Positions 1 to 9,064 of a stretch of DNA of 64,000 bases are shown here, piece after piece. Within the stretch, counting starts at the first letter, position 1. Every line of letters begins with the position of its first letter. A model generated the notes under the pieces. The model had not been told where the DNA came from. It did not search any database and was given only the letters and a program-made list of their open reading frames with translations. The DNA lies in contig OY970303.1 in assembly GCA_963716255.1 (NCBI GenBank), positions 2,624,001-2,688,000 of the forward strand, given 5' to 3'. The position numbers were made by a program, and so were the translations under genes. Source of the DNA: an uncultured Gemmatimonadales bacterium. Its GTDB lineage: Bacteria; Gemmatimonadota; Gemmatimonadetes; Longimicrobiales; Longimicrobiaceae.

Positions 1-1299
1 GAGGTGAAGATCATCTCGGCCCGCAAGGTCGAGCCGGAGTGGCTGCAGGCGGCGCGGCTGGCGGGGCACGCGGCCTTCGCCGAGGCGCCCATGCCCAGCG
101 TGCGCAGCGAGGACTGGCGGTACACCGACATCGGCGCGGTGCTGAAGCTGGAGGCGCTGGCCCTGGCCGAGGAAGTGCGCCCGGCCGCCACGGTGGAGGA
201 GCTTCCGGAGGCGTTGCTGGCGACGGTCGCCGAGTCAGGGACGGTGGCGGGGCGGCTGGTGCAGCGCGACGGCTCGGTGGCGCTGCGCGAGCTGCCGGAG
301 GAGCTGCGGGCGCAGGGGGTGGTGTTCACCTCGCTGGAGTCCGCGGTCCGCGAGCACCCGGAGCTGGTGCAGAAGTACCTGGGCACGGCGGTGACGCCGG
401 AGGACGGCAAGTTCGCCGCCATGAACGCGGCGTTCTGGACGGGCGGGCTGTTCCTGTACGTTCCCCGGAACGTTCGGGTGGAGGCGCCCTTCCGCAGCTA
501 CCGCTGGATCTCGGAGGCGGGGAGCTCGGTCTTCCCCCGGGTGCTGGTGGTGGCCGAAGCGGGGGCGGAGCTGTCGCTGGTGGACGAGGCGGTCTCGCCC
601 GACTTCGACCGGCAGACGCTGGCGGTCGGGGCCGTGGAGGTGTTCGCGGAGGAGGGCGCGCGCGTCACCTGCGTGTCCGTGCAGAACTGGGGCGCGGGCG
701 TGGTCAACCTGTCCACCGACCGGGTGGTGGCGGGGCGCGACGCGCGGGTGACCACCCTGGGGCTGGCGCTGGGCGGCGAGCTGTCGCGCAGCGACATCCG
801 CTGCCGGCTCACCCGGCCCGGGTCGCACGTGGACCTGCTGGGGCTGTACATCGCGGACGGGTCGCAGCACTTCGACCACGAAACGCTCCAGGACCACGTG
901 TCGCCGCACGCCTCCAGCAACCTGCTCTTCAAGGGAGCGCTGCGGGACCGCGGCCGCTCGGTGTTCCGCGGGCTGATCCGGGTGCACCCGGGCGCCCAGC
1001 GCACCGATGCGTACCAGACCAACCGCAACCTGCTGCTGAGCAGCGAGGCGCGGGCGGACTCGCTCCCCAACCTGGAGATCCAGGCGGACGATGTGCGCTG
1101 CTCGCACGCGGCCACGGTGGGGCAGCTGGACGAGGAGGAGGTGTTCTACCTGCTGAGCCGCGGCATCCCCAAGCGTGAGGCGGTGCGGCTGGTGGTGTTC
1201 GGCTTCTTCGGCGAGGTGCTGGTGCAGCTCCCGCTGGACGAGGTGCGCGAGGAGCTGGTGCGCGCCGTGGAGCGAAAGCTCGGCAACCGGGGGTCGTGA
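1..1299 (+). CDS. sufD: Fe-S cluster assembly protein SufD (probably 5'-truncated by the window edge)
   Basis: EDWRYTD, FKGAL..RSVFRG, NRNLLLS..ADSLPNLEIQADDVRCSHAATVGQLDEE..FYLLSRGI motifs. The frame is open from base 1 and is followed by Rieske, sufS and sufU. Confidence 0.93.
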   Translation, partial: EVKIISARKVEPEWLQAARLAGHAAFAEAPMPSVRSEDWRYTDIGAVLKLEALALAEEVRPAATVEELPEALLATVAESGTVAGRLVQRDGSVALRELPEELRAQGVVFTSLESAVREHPELVQKYLGTAVTPEDGKFAAMNAAFWTGGLFLYVPRNVRVEAPFRSYRWISEAGSSVFPRVLVVAEAGAELSLVDEAVSPDFDRQTLAVGAVEVFAEEGARVTCVSVQNWGAGVVNLSTDRVVAGRDARVTTLGLALGGELSRSDIRCRLTRPGSHVDLLGLYIADGSQHFDHETLQDHVSPHASSNLLFKGALRDRGRSVFRGLIRVHPGAQRTDAYQTNRNLLLSSEARADSLPNLEIQADDVRCSHAATVGQLDEEEVFYLLSRGIPKREAVRLVVFGFFGEVLVQLPLDEVREELVRAVERKLGNRGS

Positions 1300-1619
1300 C
1301 GGTGGCGTTCGTGAAGGTCGCGTCGCTGCGGGAAGTTCCGGAGGGCGAGCTGGTGGGGGTGGAGGCGGAGGGGGTCCTGGTGTGCCTGGCCAGGGTGGAG
1401 GGCGAGGTGTACGCCTTCGCGGACCGGTGCTCCCACCGCGACTTCCCGCTCTCCAACGGGGAGCTGGACACCGACGACTGCACCGTCGCCTGCGAGTGGC
1501 ACGGCGCCCGGTTCGACCTCCGCACCGGGGCGGCGCTCTGTCTCCCGGCGACGCGCCCCATCCCGGTGTATCCGTGCAGGGTCGAGGACGGCGCGGTCTA
1601 CGTCGACGTGTCGGCGTAG
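1296..1619 (+). CDS. Rieske-type [2Fe-2S] ferredoxin
   Basis: CSH...CEWHGARFDLRTG Rieske motifs; GTGA overlap with the sufD stop. Confidence 0.92.
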   Translation: MTVAFVKVASLREVPEGELVGVEAEGVLVCLARVEGEVYAFADRCSHRDFPLSNGELDTDDCTVACEWHGARFDLRTGAALCLPATRPIPVYPCRVEDGAVYVDVSA

Positions 1620-1717
1620 CCACCGGGCCACGGCCCACCTGGTTTCCGGGCGCGGAGCCGCCGGACCGTCCCCCGCGGGACGGGCGGGGCTCCGCGCCTT
1701 TTTCCAACTGTGATCCG

Positions 1718-2998
1718 ATGAACGCATCCACGGCCGCCGCAGACCCCGCCTCCGCCGTCGCTCCCGCCACGGTCTTCGACGTGGAGCGCCTTCGGGCGGA
1801 GTTTCCCATCCTGGACCAGGAGGTGAACGGCCACCCCCTGGTGTACCTGGACAACGCCGCCTCCACGCAGAAGCCGCGCTCGGTGATCGACGCCGTCGCG
1901 CGCCACTACCTGCGCGACAACGCCAACGTGCACCGCGGCCTGCACGAGCTGTCCAACCGCTCCACGGAGGCGTACGAGGACGCGCGGGTGCGGGTGGCCC
2001 GCTTCTTCGGGATCGCGGACGCGGCGGAGCTCGTCTGGACGCGCGGGACCACGGAGGCGCTGAACCTGGTGGCGTGGGCCTGGGGGACGGCGAACCTGCG
2101 CGCCGGCGACGAGATCCTGCTCACCTTGCTGGAGCACCACTCCAACCTGGTGCCCTGGCAGCTGCTGGCGCAGCGCACGGGCGCCCGCCTGCGCTTCCTG
2201 GACATCGACGGGGAGGGGCGGCTGGAGCTGTCCGCGCTGGACGACCTGCTGACCGAGCGCACCCGGCTGGTGTCGGTGGGTCACGTGTCCAACGCGCTGG
2301 GAACGGTGAACCCGGTGCGGGAGATCGCGGCGCGCGCGCGCGCCGTGGGCGCTCTCGTGGTGGTGGACGGCGCGCAGAGCGCCCCGCACCTCCCGGTGGA
2401 CGTGCCCGCGCTGGGGTGCGACTTCTACGCCTTCTCGGGCCACAAGATGTGCGGCCCCACGGGGATGGGCGGGCTGTGGGGGCGGCGCGAGGTTCTGGAG
2501 GCGATGCCGCCCTTCCTGGGTGGCGGGGACATGATCGACGTGGTGGAGCTGGAGGGATCCACCTGGGCCCCGCTCCCCAACAAGTTCGAGGCGGGGACGC
2601 CGCACGTGGCCGGCGCGGTGGGGATGGGCGCGGCCGTGGACTTCCTGGCCGGCGTGGGGCGCGAGGCGATCCTGGCGCACGAGCGCGCCCTGCTGGCGTA
2701 TGCGCTGGAGCGCATGGCGGAGGTGCCGGAGCTGCGCGTCTACGGCCCGCGCGACCTGGCGGAGCGCTCCGGAGTGGTGTCGTTCACCCTCGCCGACGTG
2801 CACCCGCACGACCTGGCCACCATCCTGGACGCGCGCGGGATCGCGATCCGCGCCGGCCACCACTGCGCGCAGCCGCTGATGCGCCGCCTGGGGGTGTCGT
2901 CCACCGCGCGGGCCTCGTTCTACCTGTACAACACCCCCGCCGACGTGGACCGCCTGATCGACGGCCTGCACCACGCGCGGGAGCTGTTCGGTTACTGA
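1718..2998 (+). CDS. sufS: Cysteine desulfurase SufS
   Basis: YLDNAASTQKP, FSGHKMCGPTG (PLP Lys), RAGHHCAQPLM; start taken at ATG 1718. Confidence 0.95.
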   Translation: MNASTAAADPASAVAPATVFDVERLRAEFPILDQEVNGHPLVYLDNAASTQKPRSVIDAVARHYLRDNANVHRGLHELSNRSTEAYEDARVRVARFFGIADAAELVWTRGTTEALNLVAWAWGTANLRAGDEILLTLLEHHSNLVPWQLLAQRTGARLRFLDIDGEGRLELSALDDLLTERTRLVSVGHVSNALGTVNPVREIAARARAVGALVVVDGAQSAPHLPVDVPALGCDFYAFSGHKMCGPTGMGGLWGRREVLEAMPPFLGGGDMIDVVELEGSTWAPLPNKFEAGTPHVAGAVGMGAAVDFLAGVGREAILAHERALLAYALERMAEVPELRVYGPRDLAERSGVVSFTLADVHPHDLATILDARGIAIRAGHHCAQPLMRRLGVSSTARASFYLYNTPADVDRLIDGLHHARELFGY

Positions 2999-3000
2999 AA

Positions 3001-3150
3001 GGGAACAGGGAACAGCCTGCAACGGCGACCCCCTCCCCCGGCCCCCTCTCCCAATGCTGGGCGAGGGGGAGAACGACAACATCGCGGTACAGGAAACCCT
3101 CCCCCAGAATTGGGGGAGGGTGGCGAGCCTAAGCGAGCCGGGTGGGGGCC
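3001..3150. repeat. REP-like palindrome cluster (GGGAACA heptamers, CCCTCCCC hairpins, GGTGGCGAGCC module)
   Basis: gggaacagggaacag; ccctcccccagaattgggggaggg hairpin; ggtggcgagcctaagcgagccgggtggggg, a module that recurs five more times in the window. Confidence 0.75.
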
Positions 3151-3152
3151 CC

Positions 3153-3283
3153 GCGTGAGGGATTTCGGCCCGGAGGGGCGAGACCCCGCGGGCAGTTTCG
3201 CGGGGTCTCGACTCCGTTACGCACAGTTTTATCGTGCGTTACGGAGCCGAAGCCCGACCCCGGCGCCAGCCGGGGGCACGCCC
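3153..3283 (-). ncRNA. ~130-nt structured dispersed element, copy 1
   Basis: Reverse complement reads GGGCGTG-CCCCCGGCTGGCGCCGGGG-TCGGGCTTCGGCTCCGT...ATCCCTCACGC; one of 10 copies. Confidence 0.7.
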
Positions 3284-3301
3284 AAACCACGCAGCAAAAA
3301 A

Positions 3302-3832
3302 ATGGCTGAACGAAGCAGCGCGGCGCTCGGCGCCCTCTACCAGGAGCTGATCCTGGACCACTACCGCCGCCCGCGCCACCGGGGAGAGATGGAATCCCCG
3401 GACGTGGAGGTGCGCATGAACAACCCCACCTGCGGCGACGAGATCGTCCTCCAGCTCCGCGTCAGGGACGGGACCGTGGAGGAGGTGCGCTTCGCCGGCC
3501 AGGGATGCTCCATCTCGCAGGCCTCGGCGTCGATGATGGCCCAGCAGGTGGCCGGAAAGCCGCTGGCCGAAGCGGACGCGCTGGCCGCGCGCTTCAAGGA
3601 GATGCTGCACGGAGGCGCCGAGGCCGCCAAGGACCGCGCCCTGGGGGATTTGCGCGCGCTCGCCGGGGTCGCCAAGTTCCCGGTGCGCGTGCGCTGCGCG
3701 ATGCTGGCCTGGAACGCCCTGGAGGAGGCGGAGCGACGGCTCCCTTCCGCCGGCGCGCCGGGCGCGGCAGGTAGTCCGGAGCCTCCGGGCCGCGCCCACG
3801 CAGACGAAACAGATCGAGGACGGACAGAGTGA
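3302..3832 (+). CDS. sufU: SufU/NifU-like scaffold or sulfur-transfer protein
   Basis: LYQELILDHYRRPR, NPTCGDEI, GQGCSISQASASMM, RVRCAMLAW. Confidence 0.95.
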   Translation: MAERSSAALGALYQELILDHYRRPRHRGEMESPDVEVRMNNPTCGDEIVLQLRVRDGTVEEVRFAGQGCSISQASASMMAQQVAGKPLAEADALAARFKEMLHGGAEAAKDRALGDLRALAGVAKFPVRVRCAMLAWNALEEAERRLPSAGAPGAAGSPEPPGRAHADETDRGRTE

Positions 3833-4740
3833 TGCAATCCCACGGCCCCGCGGGCGGCGCGCCTTTTCAGCGGGTCGCCATCTTCATCGACGGCTGGAAC
3901 TTCCGCTACGCGACGTACGAGTCCTTCGGGCTGCGCGTCGACTACACCAAGCTGCTGCGCCACTTTTCCGAGTCGGCCATCCTGGTGCGCGCCTACTTCT
4001 ACACCGGCGAGTGGGAGGATTCGGCCATCTCGCGCTACGTGCGCCTCAGCAACTCGCCGGACCCGGTGACCAAGCAGCGGGAGATGGAGCAGCAGCGCGA
4101 CGGGGAGCGGGCCTTCTGGCGCTTCCTGAACCGCAACGGCTACCGGGTGGTGAGGAAGGCCGTGCGGGTGATGTCGCCGGACGAGGAGGACCCGGACCGC
4201 CCGCCCCGCATGAAGGCGGACCTGGACCTGGAGCTCGCCATCGACATGCTGACGCTGGCGGACCGGGTGGACCGCATCATCCTGGTGTCGGGCGACGGCG
4301 ACTTCGTGCCGCTGGTGGACGCGGTGGCGAAGCGGGGGGTGCGGGTGGCGGTGGTCTCCACCCAGGCGGAGGAGGCGTTCCGCAACGCGCGCTATCGCGC
4401 CAGCGACGAGCTGCTGGACGCGGCGGACGAGTTCATCCCCATCGAGGCCATCCGCAGGTTCATCGAGCGCGAGGCGCGCTCATACCCCGGGGTGCGCCGC
4501 GACCATCGCGAGGGCGGCGAGGAGCACGGCCCCGGGCCCCGCCGCGAGGGGCGCGACCACGGCGAGCAGCAGCCGTCGTTCCGGCGCGACCCGCGCGACT
4601 ACGGCGACCCGCCCTTCCGCCGGGACCGCGACTACGGCGAGCGCCAGCCCTTCCGCCGGGAATCGCCGCGCGACCTGGGGCTGCCGCTGGAGGACCCCGC
4701 CGAGGAGGCCCAACCGGACCCGGCCCCCGGCGAGAGCTGA
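3829..4740 (+). CDS. NYN-domain (LabA/DUF88-like) protein with a repetitive R/D-rich C-terminal tail
   Basis: FIDGWN, D-ELAIDM, LVSGDGDFVPLV, SDELLDAADEFI motifs; start overlaps the sufU stop. Confidence 0.88.
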   Translation: MMQSHGPAGGAPFQRVAIFIDGWNFRYATYESFGLRVDYTKLLRHFSESAILVRAYFYTGEWEDSAISRYVRLSNSPDPVTKQREMEQQRDGERAFWRFLNRNGYRVVRKAVRVMSPDEEDPDRPPRMKADLDLELAIDMLTLADRVDRIILVSGDGDFVPLVDAVAKRGVRVAVVSTQAEEAFRNARYRASDELLDAADEFIPIEAIRRFIEREARSYPGVRRDHREGGEEHGPGPRREGRDHGEQQPSFRRDPRDYGDPPFRRDRDYGERQPFRRESPRDLGLPLEDPAEEAQPDPAPGES

Positions 4741-4761
4741 GGGCGGGCGGCCACTTGTATT

Positions 4762-4803
4762 GAGCGGGGCTCAGCGAAACATTGGAGCCCCGCTCTCTTT
4801 TTT
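4762..4803 (+). terminator. Intrinsic terminator after the suf/NYN operon
   Basis: GAGCGGGGCTC / GAGCCCCGCTC stem followed by TCTTTTTT. Confidence 0.8.
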
Positions 4804-4858
4804 CGGCGCGCAGCACGCACGGGCCGGGGCGGACGCACTCAAGCGGAGGACACGCCAG

Positions 4859-6151
4859 ATGAACGGAAACGGGCGCAGGGTCGCCATCGTGGAGGGATGC
4901 CGGACCCCGTTCGCCAAGTCGGGAACGGCGTTCAGGGACCTGTCGGCGGTGGAGCTGGGGAAGGTGGCGGTGCGCGAGCTGATCGCCCGGGCGGAGCTGG
5001 ACCCGGCCGAGATCGACCACGTGATCTACGGCACGGTGGTGCAGTCGGTGCAGGAGCCCAACATCGCGCGCGAGGTGACGCTGGGCTCGGGGATCCCGGC
5101 CTCGGTGCCGTCGTTCACGGTGGGCCGGGCGTGCGCGTCGTCCAACCAGGCGATCACCTCGGGCGCGGAGCAGATCCTGGCGGGTCAGGCGGACGTGGTG
5201 GTGGCCGGCGGCGCGGAGTCGCTCACGGACGTCCCCATCCTGTTCTCGCCGGAGATGCGCAACGCCCTGGTGCGCGCCTCCAAGGCCCGCTCGCTCCCGG
5301 AGCGGATCCAGGCGTTCCGCGCCATCCGCCCCAAGCACCTGGCCCCCATCACCCCCGCCATCGCGGAGCCCACCACGGGGCTCACCATGGGCGAGTCTGC
5401 GGAGAAGATGGCGCAGGAGAACGGGATCAGCCGCGAGGCGCAGGACCGCTGGGCGCTCCGCTCGCACCAGCTGGCCGCGGCGGCCACGGCGGACGGGCGC
5501 CTGACCGCGGAGATCGCGCCGGTGTACGTGCCTCCCCGGTTCGACGAGGTGGCCACCTCGGACAACGGGATCCGCGCGGACACCTCGCTGGAGAAGCTGT
5601 CCACGCTGAAGCCGGTGTTCGACCGCAGGTACGGCACGGTGACGGCGGGGAACGCGTCGCCGCTCACGGACGGCGCCTCGGCGGTGCTGCTGATGAGCGA
5701 GGAAAAGGCGAAGGCGCTGGGATACGAGCCGCTGGGCTACATCCGCTCGTACGCCTACGCGTCGCTGGACCCGGGGGACCAGCTCCTCCAGGGGCCGGTG
5801 TACGCCGCCCCCGTGGCGCTGGAGCGCGCGGGGCTGTCCATGAAGGACATCGACCTGCTGGAGATCCACGAGGCCTTCGCGGCGCAGGTGCTCAGCAACC
5901 TGCAGTGGTGGGACTCGGACGAGGTCGCGCGCAGGCGCCTGGGCCGCGACAAGGCCATCGGGGTCCCGCCGGAGGACCGCATCAACGTGATGGGCGGCTC
6001 CATCGCCATCGGCCACCCCTTCGGCGCGACGGGCGGCCGCGTCACGGTGACGCTGCTCAACGAGTTGAAGCGCCGCGGGGGCCAGTTCGGGATGATCTCC
6101 GTCTGCGCGGCCGGGGCGATGGGGTTCGTGATGATCGTGGAGAGGGAATAG
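4859..6151 (+). CDS. fadI: Acetyl-CoA C-acyltransferase (3-ketoacyl-CoA thiolase, FadI type)
   Basis: RTPFAKSGT, RACASS, GNASPLTDGAS, HEAFAAQVL, GHPFGATG, CAAGAMG. Confidence 0.92.
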   Translation: MNGNGRRVAIVEGCRTPFAKSGTAFRDLSAVELGKVAVRELIARAELDPAEIDHVIYGTVVQSVQEPNIAREVTLGSGIPASVPSFTVGRACASSNQAITSGAEQILAGQADVVVAGGAESLTDVPILFSPEMRNALVRASKARSLPERIQAFRAIRPKHLAPITPAIAEPTTGLTMGESAEKMAQENGISREAQDRWALRSHQLAAAATADGRLTAEIAPVYVPPRFDEVATSDNGIRADTSLEKLSTLKPVFDRRYGTVTAGNASPLTDGASAVLLMSEEKAKALGYEPLGYIRSYAYASLDPGDQLLQGPVYAAPVALERAGLSMKDIDLLEIHEAFAAQVLSNLQWWDSDEVARRRLGRDKAIGVPPEDRINVMGGSIAIGHPFGATGGRVTVTLLNELKRRGGQFGMISVCAAGAMGFVMIVERE

Positions 6152-6190
6152 GGAACAGGGTTCATCGGTTCACGCGCAGCGTGAAGCGTC
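6151..6190. repeat. REP-like module TTCATCGGTTCACGC-GCA-GCGTGAAGCG
   Basis: Hairpin TTCACGC-gca-GCGTGAA; five copies in the window. Confidence 0.7.
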
Positions 6191-6203
6191 ACAGCCTGCA
6201 GAG

Positions 6204-6242
6204 GCGCCCCCACCGGGAGATCCCGGTGGGGGCGCTTTCTTT
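6204..6242 (+). terminator. Terminator between convergent fadI and the esterase gene
   Basis: GCGCCCCCACCGGGA-GA-TCCCGGTGGGGGCGC followed by TTTCTTT. Confidence 0.8.
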
Positions 6243-6263
6243 CCGCCCGGAGGGTGGCGGCGG

Positions 6264-6917
6264 CTACGTCGCCGTTGCCGCCGCCTCCCAGCCGGCCCAG
6301 CGGACGGCGTCGGCGAGCTCCTCGGCCTCGATGGAGTGGCCCATGGGGTAGTCGTGGGCCTCCAGGTCGGCGCCGGCGGCGCGAAGGGTGGCGCGCCCCT
6401 CCACCGCCAGCCCGATGGGGATCTGCGGGTCCTCGGCTCCGTGGCCCCAGAAGATGCGCGTCCCCTTCACCGTTGCCGGCGTGGCCGACACGGTGGGGTG
6501 GTCGGCCAGGAAGCCGCTGAAGTTGAGCACGGCGGGGACCGTGCCGGGGTTCCGCAGCGCGTGCGCCAGGCTCATGGTGCCGCCCTGGGAAAAGCCCCCC
6601 AGCACCAGCGGGCCGGGCTTTACCGGAAGGTGCTCCGGGAGCTCGCGGAGAAAGTCGCCCAGCGACCGCTGGCTCTCCTCGAAGCTGGCCGGCTCCGGGC
6701 GGTTGCGTCCCATGAAGCGGTACCAGGCCCACCCGGGCCCGTAGCCCCAGGGGATCCCGGAGAAGGGCGCGCGCGGGGACACCACCACCAGCCCCGCGGG
6801 GAGGTGGGGAACCAGCCCCATCAGGTCGTGCTCGTCGCTCCCCCGGCCGTGCAGCAGCACCAGCAGGGGGGCGCCGTCCCGTGCGCCCTGGGGGACGTGG
6901 TGGGCGTAGTGAAGCAT
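6264..6917 (-). CDS. Alpha/beta hydrolase (phospholipase/carboxylesterase, MhqD-like)
   Basis: LLHGRGSDEHDL, GFSQGG nucleophile elbow, HGAEDPQI, YPMGHSI. Confidence 0.9.
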   Translation of the reverse strand: MLHYAHHVPQGARDGAPLLVLLHGRGSDEHDLMGLVPHLPAGLVVVSPRAPFSGIPWGYGPGWAWYRFMGRNRPEPASFEESQRSLGDFLRELPEHLPVKPGPLVLGGFSQGGTMSLAHALRNPGTVPAVLNFSGFLADHPTVSATPATVKGTRIFWGHGAEDPQIPIGLAVEGRATLRAAGADLEAHDYPMGHSIEAEELADAVRWAGWEAAATAT

Positions 6918-6931
6918 GGTCTTCCTCCTCC

Positions 6932-7999
6932 TCAGCTCAGCGGCGCAAGGCCGGCCTCGATGTCGTCGCGCTCCGTTTCCAGCCAGGCGGGAAGGAGAAG
7001 CCGCCTCCCCAGCTCCGCCGGGTCCTCGTCCACCAGGAACCCCGGCCCGTCGGTGGCGATCTCCAGCAGCAGCCCGTCCGGCGCGCGGAAGTAGATGCTC
7101 CGGAAGTACGTCCGCTCCATCACAGGCGAGACCTGTGCCCCCAGCGACAGCAGGTGCTCCCGCCAGGCCAGCTGCTCCTCGTCGTCCTGGGCGCGGAAGG
7201 CCACGTGGTGCGTCTGCCCCACCCCGCCGCGGGCCGGCTTGCCCCGCGGGATGCCGAAGAGCGTCATGGAGCTGTGCGATGCCACCCGCTCCCCGTCGTA
7301 GCGCGCCCAGAACCAGTGCGGCATGGTGGGCGCGTCCTGGTTGAAGGTGCGCTTGACGATGGAGAGCCCCAGCGCCTCCGTGTAGAAGTCGTGCGCCCGC
7401 TCCACGTCGTCGGTGATGCCGCTGACGTGGTGGATCCCCGTGAGCGCCATGTCCGGCGTGATCTCCGGCACCGGCTCCGGCCAGGTGCGCAGGCGGATGG
7501 CCTCCTCGTCGCGGTGGCCCAGCAGCCGCGCCGCCGCCGGCTGGATGATGCGCGTGCCCAGCGCGTCCGCCGGCTCGTCCAGCGCGTAGCCCGGGCCACG
7601 GGTGGCGATCTCCAGGATCTGCCCGTCCGGGTCGGTGAAGTACAGGCTGGTGAACCAGGTGCGGTCGAACGGGCCGTTCACGTGCACGCCGCGGTCCGTC
7701 AGGCGGCGCTTCCACTTCAGCAGCGCCTCCTCGGTTTCCACCCCCATGGCCAGGTGGTGTACCCCGCCCACGCCGGGCGCCCCGTGCGGCACGTTGCCCC
7801 ACTCGAAGAAGGTGAGGAGCGTCCCCGGCGAGCCGACGGCGTCGCCGAAGTACAGGTGGTACGCCCCCGGATCGTCGAAGTTGACGGTCTTCTTCACCAG
7901 CCCCAGCCCCAGCGTCCCCCGGTAGAACTCCAGCGTCCGCGCCGCATCGGCCGACACCATGGTCACGTGGTGGAATCCCTGCGTCTTCAGCTCGCCCAT
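6932..7999 (-). CDS. Two-domain VOC/glyoxalase ring-cleaving dioxygenase (MhqO/MhqE-like)
   Basis: GFHHVT, LVKKTVNFDDPGAYHLYFGD, RTYFRSIYFRAPDGLLLEIATDGPGF. Confidence 0.92.
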   Translation of the reverse strand: MGELKTQGFHHVTMVSADAARTLEFYRGTLGLGLVKKTVNFDDPGAYHLYFGDAVGSPGTLLTFFEWGNVPHGAPGVGGVHHLAMGVETEEALLKWKRRLTDRGVHVNGPFDRTWFTSLYFTDPDGQILEIATRGPGYALDEPADALGTRIIQPAAARLLGHRDEEAIRLRTWPEPVPEITPDMALTGIHHVSGITDDVERAHDFYTEALGLSIVKRTFNQDAPTMPHWFWARYDGERVASHSSMTLFGIPRGKPARGGVGQTHHVAFRAQDDEEQLAWREHLLSLGAQVSPVMERTYFRSIYFRAPDGLLLEIATDGPGFLVDEDPAELGRRLLLPAWLETERDDIEAGLAPLS

Positions 8000-8055
8000 C
8001 GTTCACCTCCTCTTCGTCGACAGAACAGCTTGGGAACTGATTGAACAACGGATCT

Positions 8056-8187
8056 GGGCGTGCCCCCCCGTGCCGGGGGGTCGGGCTGCGCGCGGAGTAA
8101 CGCACGAAACAACCGTGCGTAACTCCGTCGAGCCCCGCGGAAACTGCCCCGCGGGTCTCGCCCCTGCCGGGCGCGCATCCCTCACGC
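8056..8187 (+). ncRNA. ~130-nt structured dispersed element, copy 2 (divergent, with compensatory changes)
   Basis: GGGCGTG...TCGGGCTGCGCGCGGAGTAACGCACG..CGTGCGTAACTCCG...GCGCGCATCCCTCACGC. Confidence 0.7.
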
Positions 8188-8213
8188 GGGTTCGGCGCCG
8201 GCGTCCGCAAGGG

Positions 8214-8371
8214 CCCCCTCCCCCCGGCCCCCTCCCCCGCAAGCGGGAGAGGGGGAGAACTGCATGGCGTTTCTGCAGTTGCCCCCTCTCCCAGGATGGC
8301 ACTTCACGCTTCGCGTGAACCGGATGAAGGACCCGGGTGGCGAGCCTCAAGCGAGCCGGGGGAGGGCCCGC
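8214..8371. repeat. Composite REP-like cluster
   Basis: ccccctcccccgcaagcgggagaggggg hairpin, TTCACGC-ttc-GCGTGAA module and GGTGGCGAGCCTCAAGCGAGCCGG module. Confidence 0.75.
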
Positions 8372-8373
8372 CG

Positions 8374-8952
8374 TTACGCCGCCTTCACGGCCTGCACCTC
8401 GAAGGACAAGCGGATGTCGTTGCTCACCAGGATGCCGCCGGTCTCCAGCACCTGGTTGTAGGTGAGACCGAAGTCGCGGCGGTCGATCCTGGCCGTCGCG
8501 CTGAAGCTCACCCGCTCGCCGCCCCACGGGTCCGTGCCGCGCCCCTCGTAGGTGGCGTCCAGCGTCACCTCACGGGTCGTGCCGCGGATGGTGAGGTCGC
8601 CCACCACGCGGAAGGTGTCGCCGGCGGTGGTGGCGGCGCCCTCCACCCGGGTGCTCCGGAAGGTGAGCGTGGGGTGGTTCTCCACGTCCAGGAAGTCGGC
8701 GGAGCGCAGGTGCGCGTCGCGCTGCTCCACCCGCGTGTCGATGCTCGCCACCTGGATCTCCACCGCCACCGAGGAGCGCTCGGGGCTGGCCTCGTCGATC
8801 ACCAGGGTGCCGGCCACCTCGCCGAAGCGTCCCTTGACGCTCGTGATCATCATGTGCTTCGCCGCGAACTCCACCAGGGTGTGCGCCGGATCGATGTTCC
8901 AGGTGGTGGTCCCCGCCGCGTTCGCGCTGCTTTCCGTGGTCGCCATGTCCAT
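8374..8952 (-). CDS. yceI: YceI family protein (polyisoprenoid/quinone binding)
   Basis: WNIDPAHT, SIDTRVEQRDAHLRSADFLD, GDLTIRG, IDRRDFGLTYN. Confidence 0.93.
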   Translation of the reverse strand: MDMATTESSANAAGTTTWNIDPAHTLVEFAAKHMMITSVKGRFGEVAGTLVIDEASPERSSVAVEIQVASIDTRVEQRDAHLRSADFLDVENHPTLTFRSTRVEGAATTAGDTFRVVGDLTIRGTTREVTLDATYEGRGTDPWGGERVSFSATARIDRRDFGLTYNQVLETGGILVSNDIRLSFEVQAVKAA

Positions 8953-9031
8953 TCTCCTGTCGTGTGGTCCGGTCCCCTTTCATGGCATCCGCCGGCCGGG
9001 GCCGTGCTCCTGCGGATGTTTACCACCGTGA

Positions 9032-9047
9032 TTCTCTTAACTGAGAT
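9032..9047. promoter_or_regulatory. Putative MhqR-type operator upstream of yceI
   Basis: TTCTC-TTAACT-GAGAT, same 16-bp geometry as the palindrome at 9564. Confidence 0.55.
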
Positions 9048-9064
9048 TTATTCGCCGGCGAAGT

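Noticed and set aside
3153..3283. The element as a classical MITE
   Set aside because: Only a 5-bp terminal pairing, no evident target-site duplication and no transposase in the window. HUH-type mobility remains possible.
3110..3301. Recurring peptide strings (RDFGPKGRD, TEPKPDPGASRGHART, LRSRSPTPAPAGGTP) in many ORFs and N-terminal extensions
   Set aside because: These are translations of the 130-nt repeat in several frames and on both strands, not a protein family. Gene starts were moved downstream accordingly.
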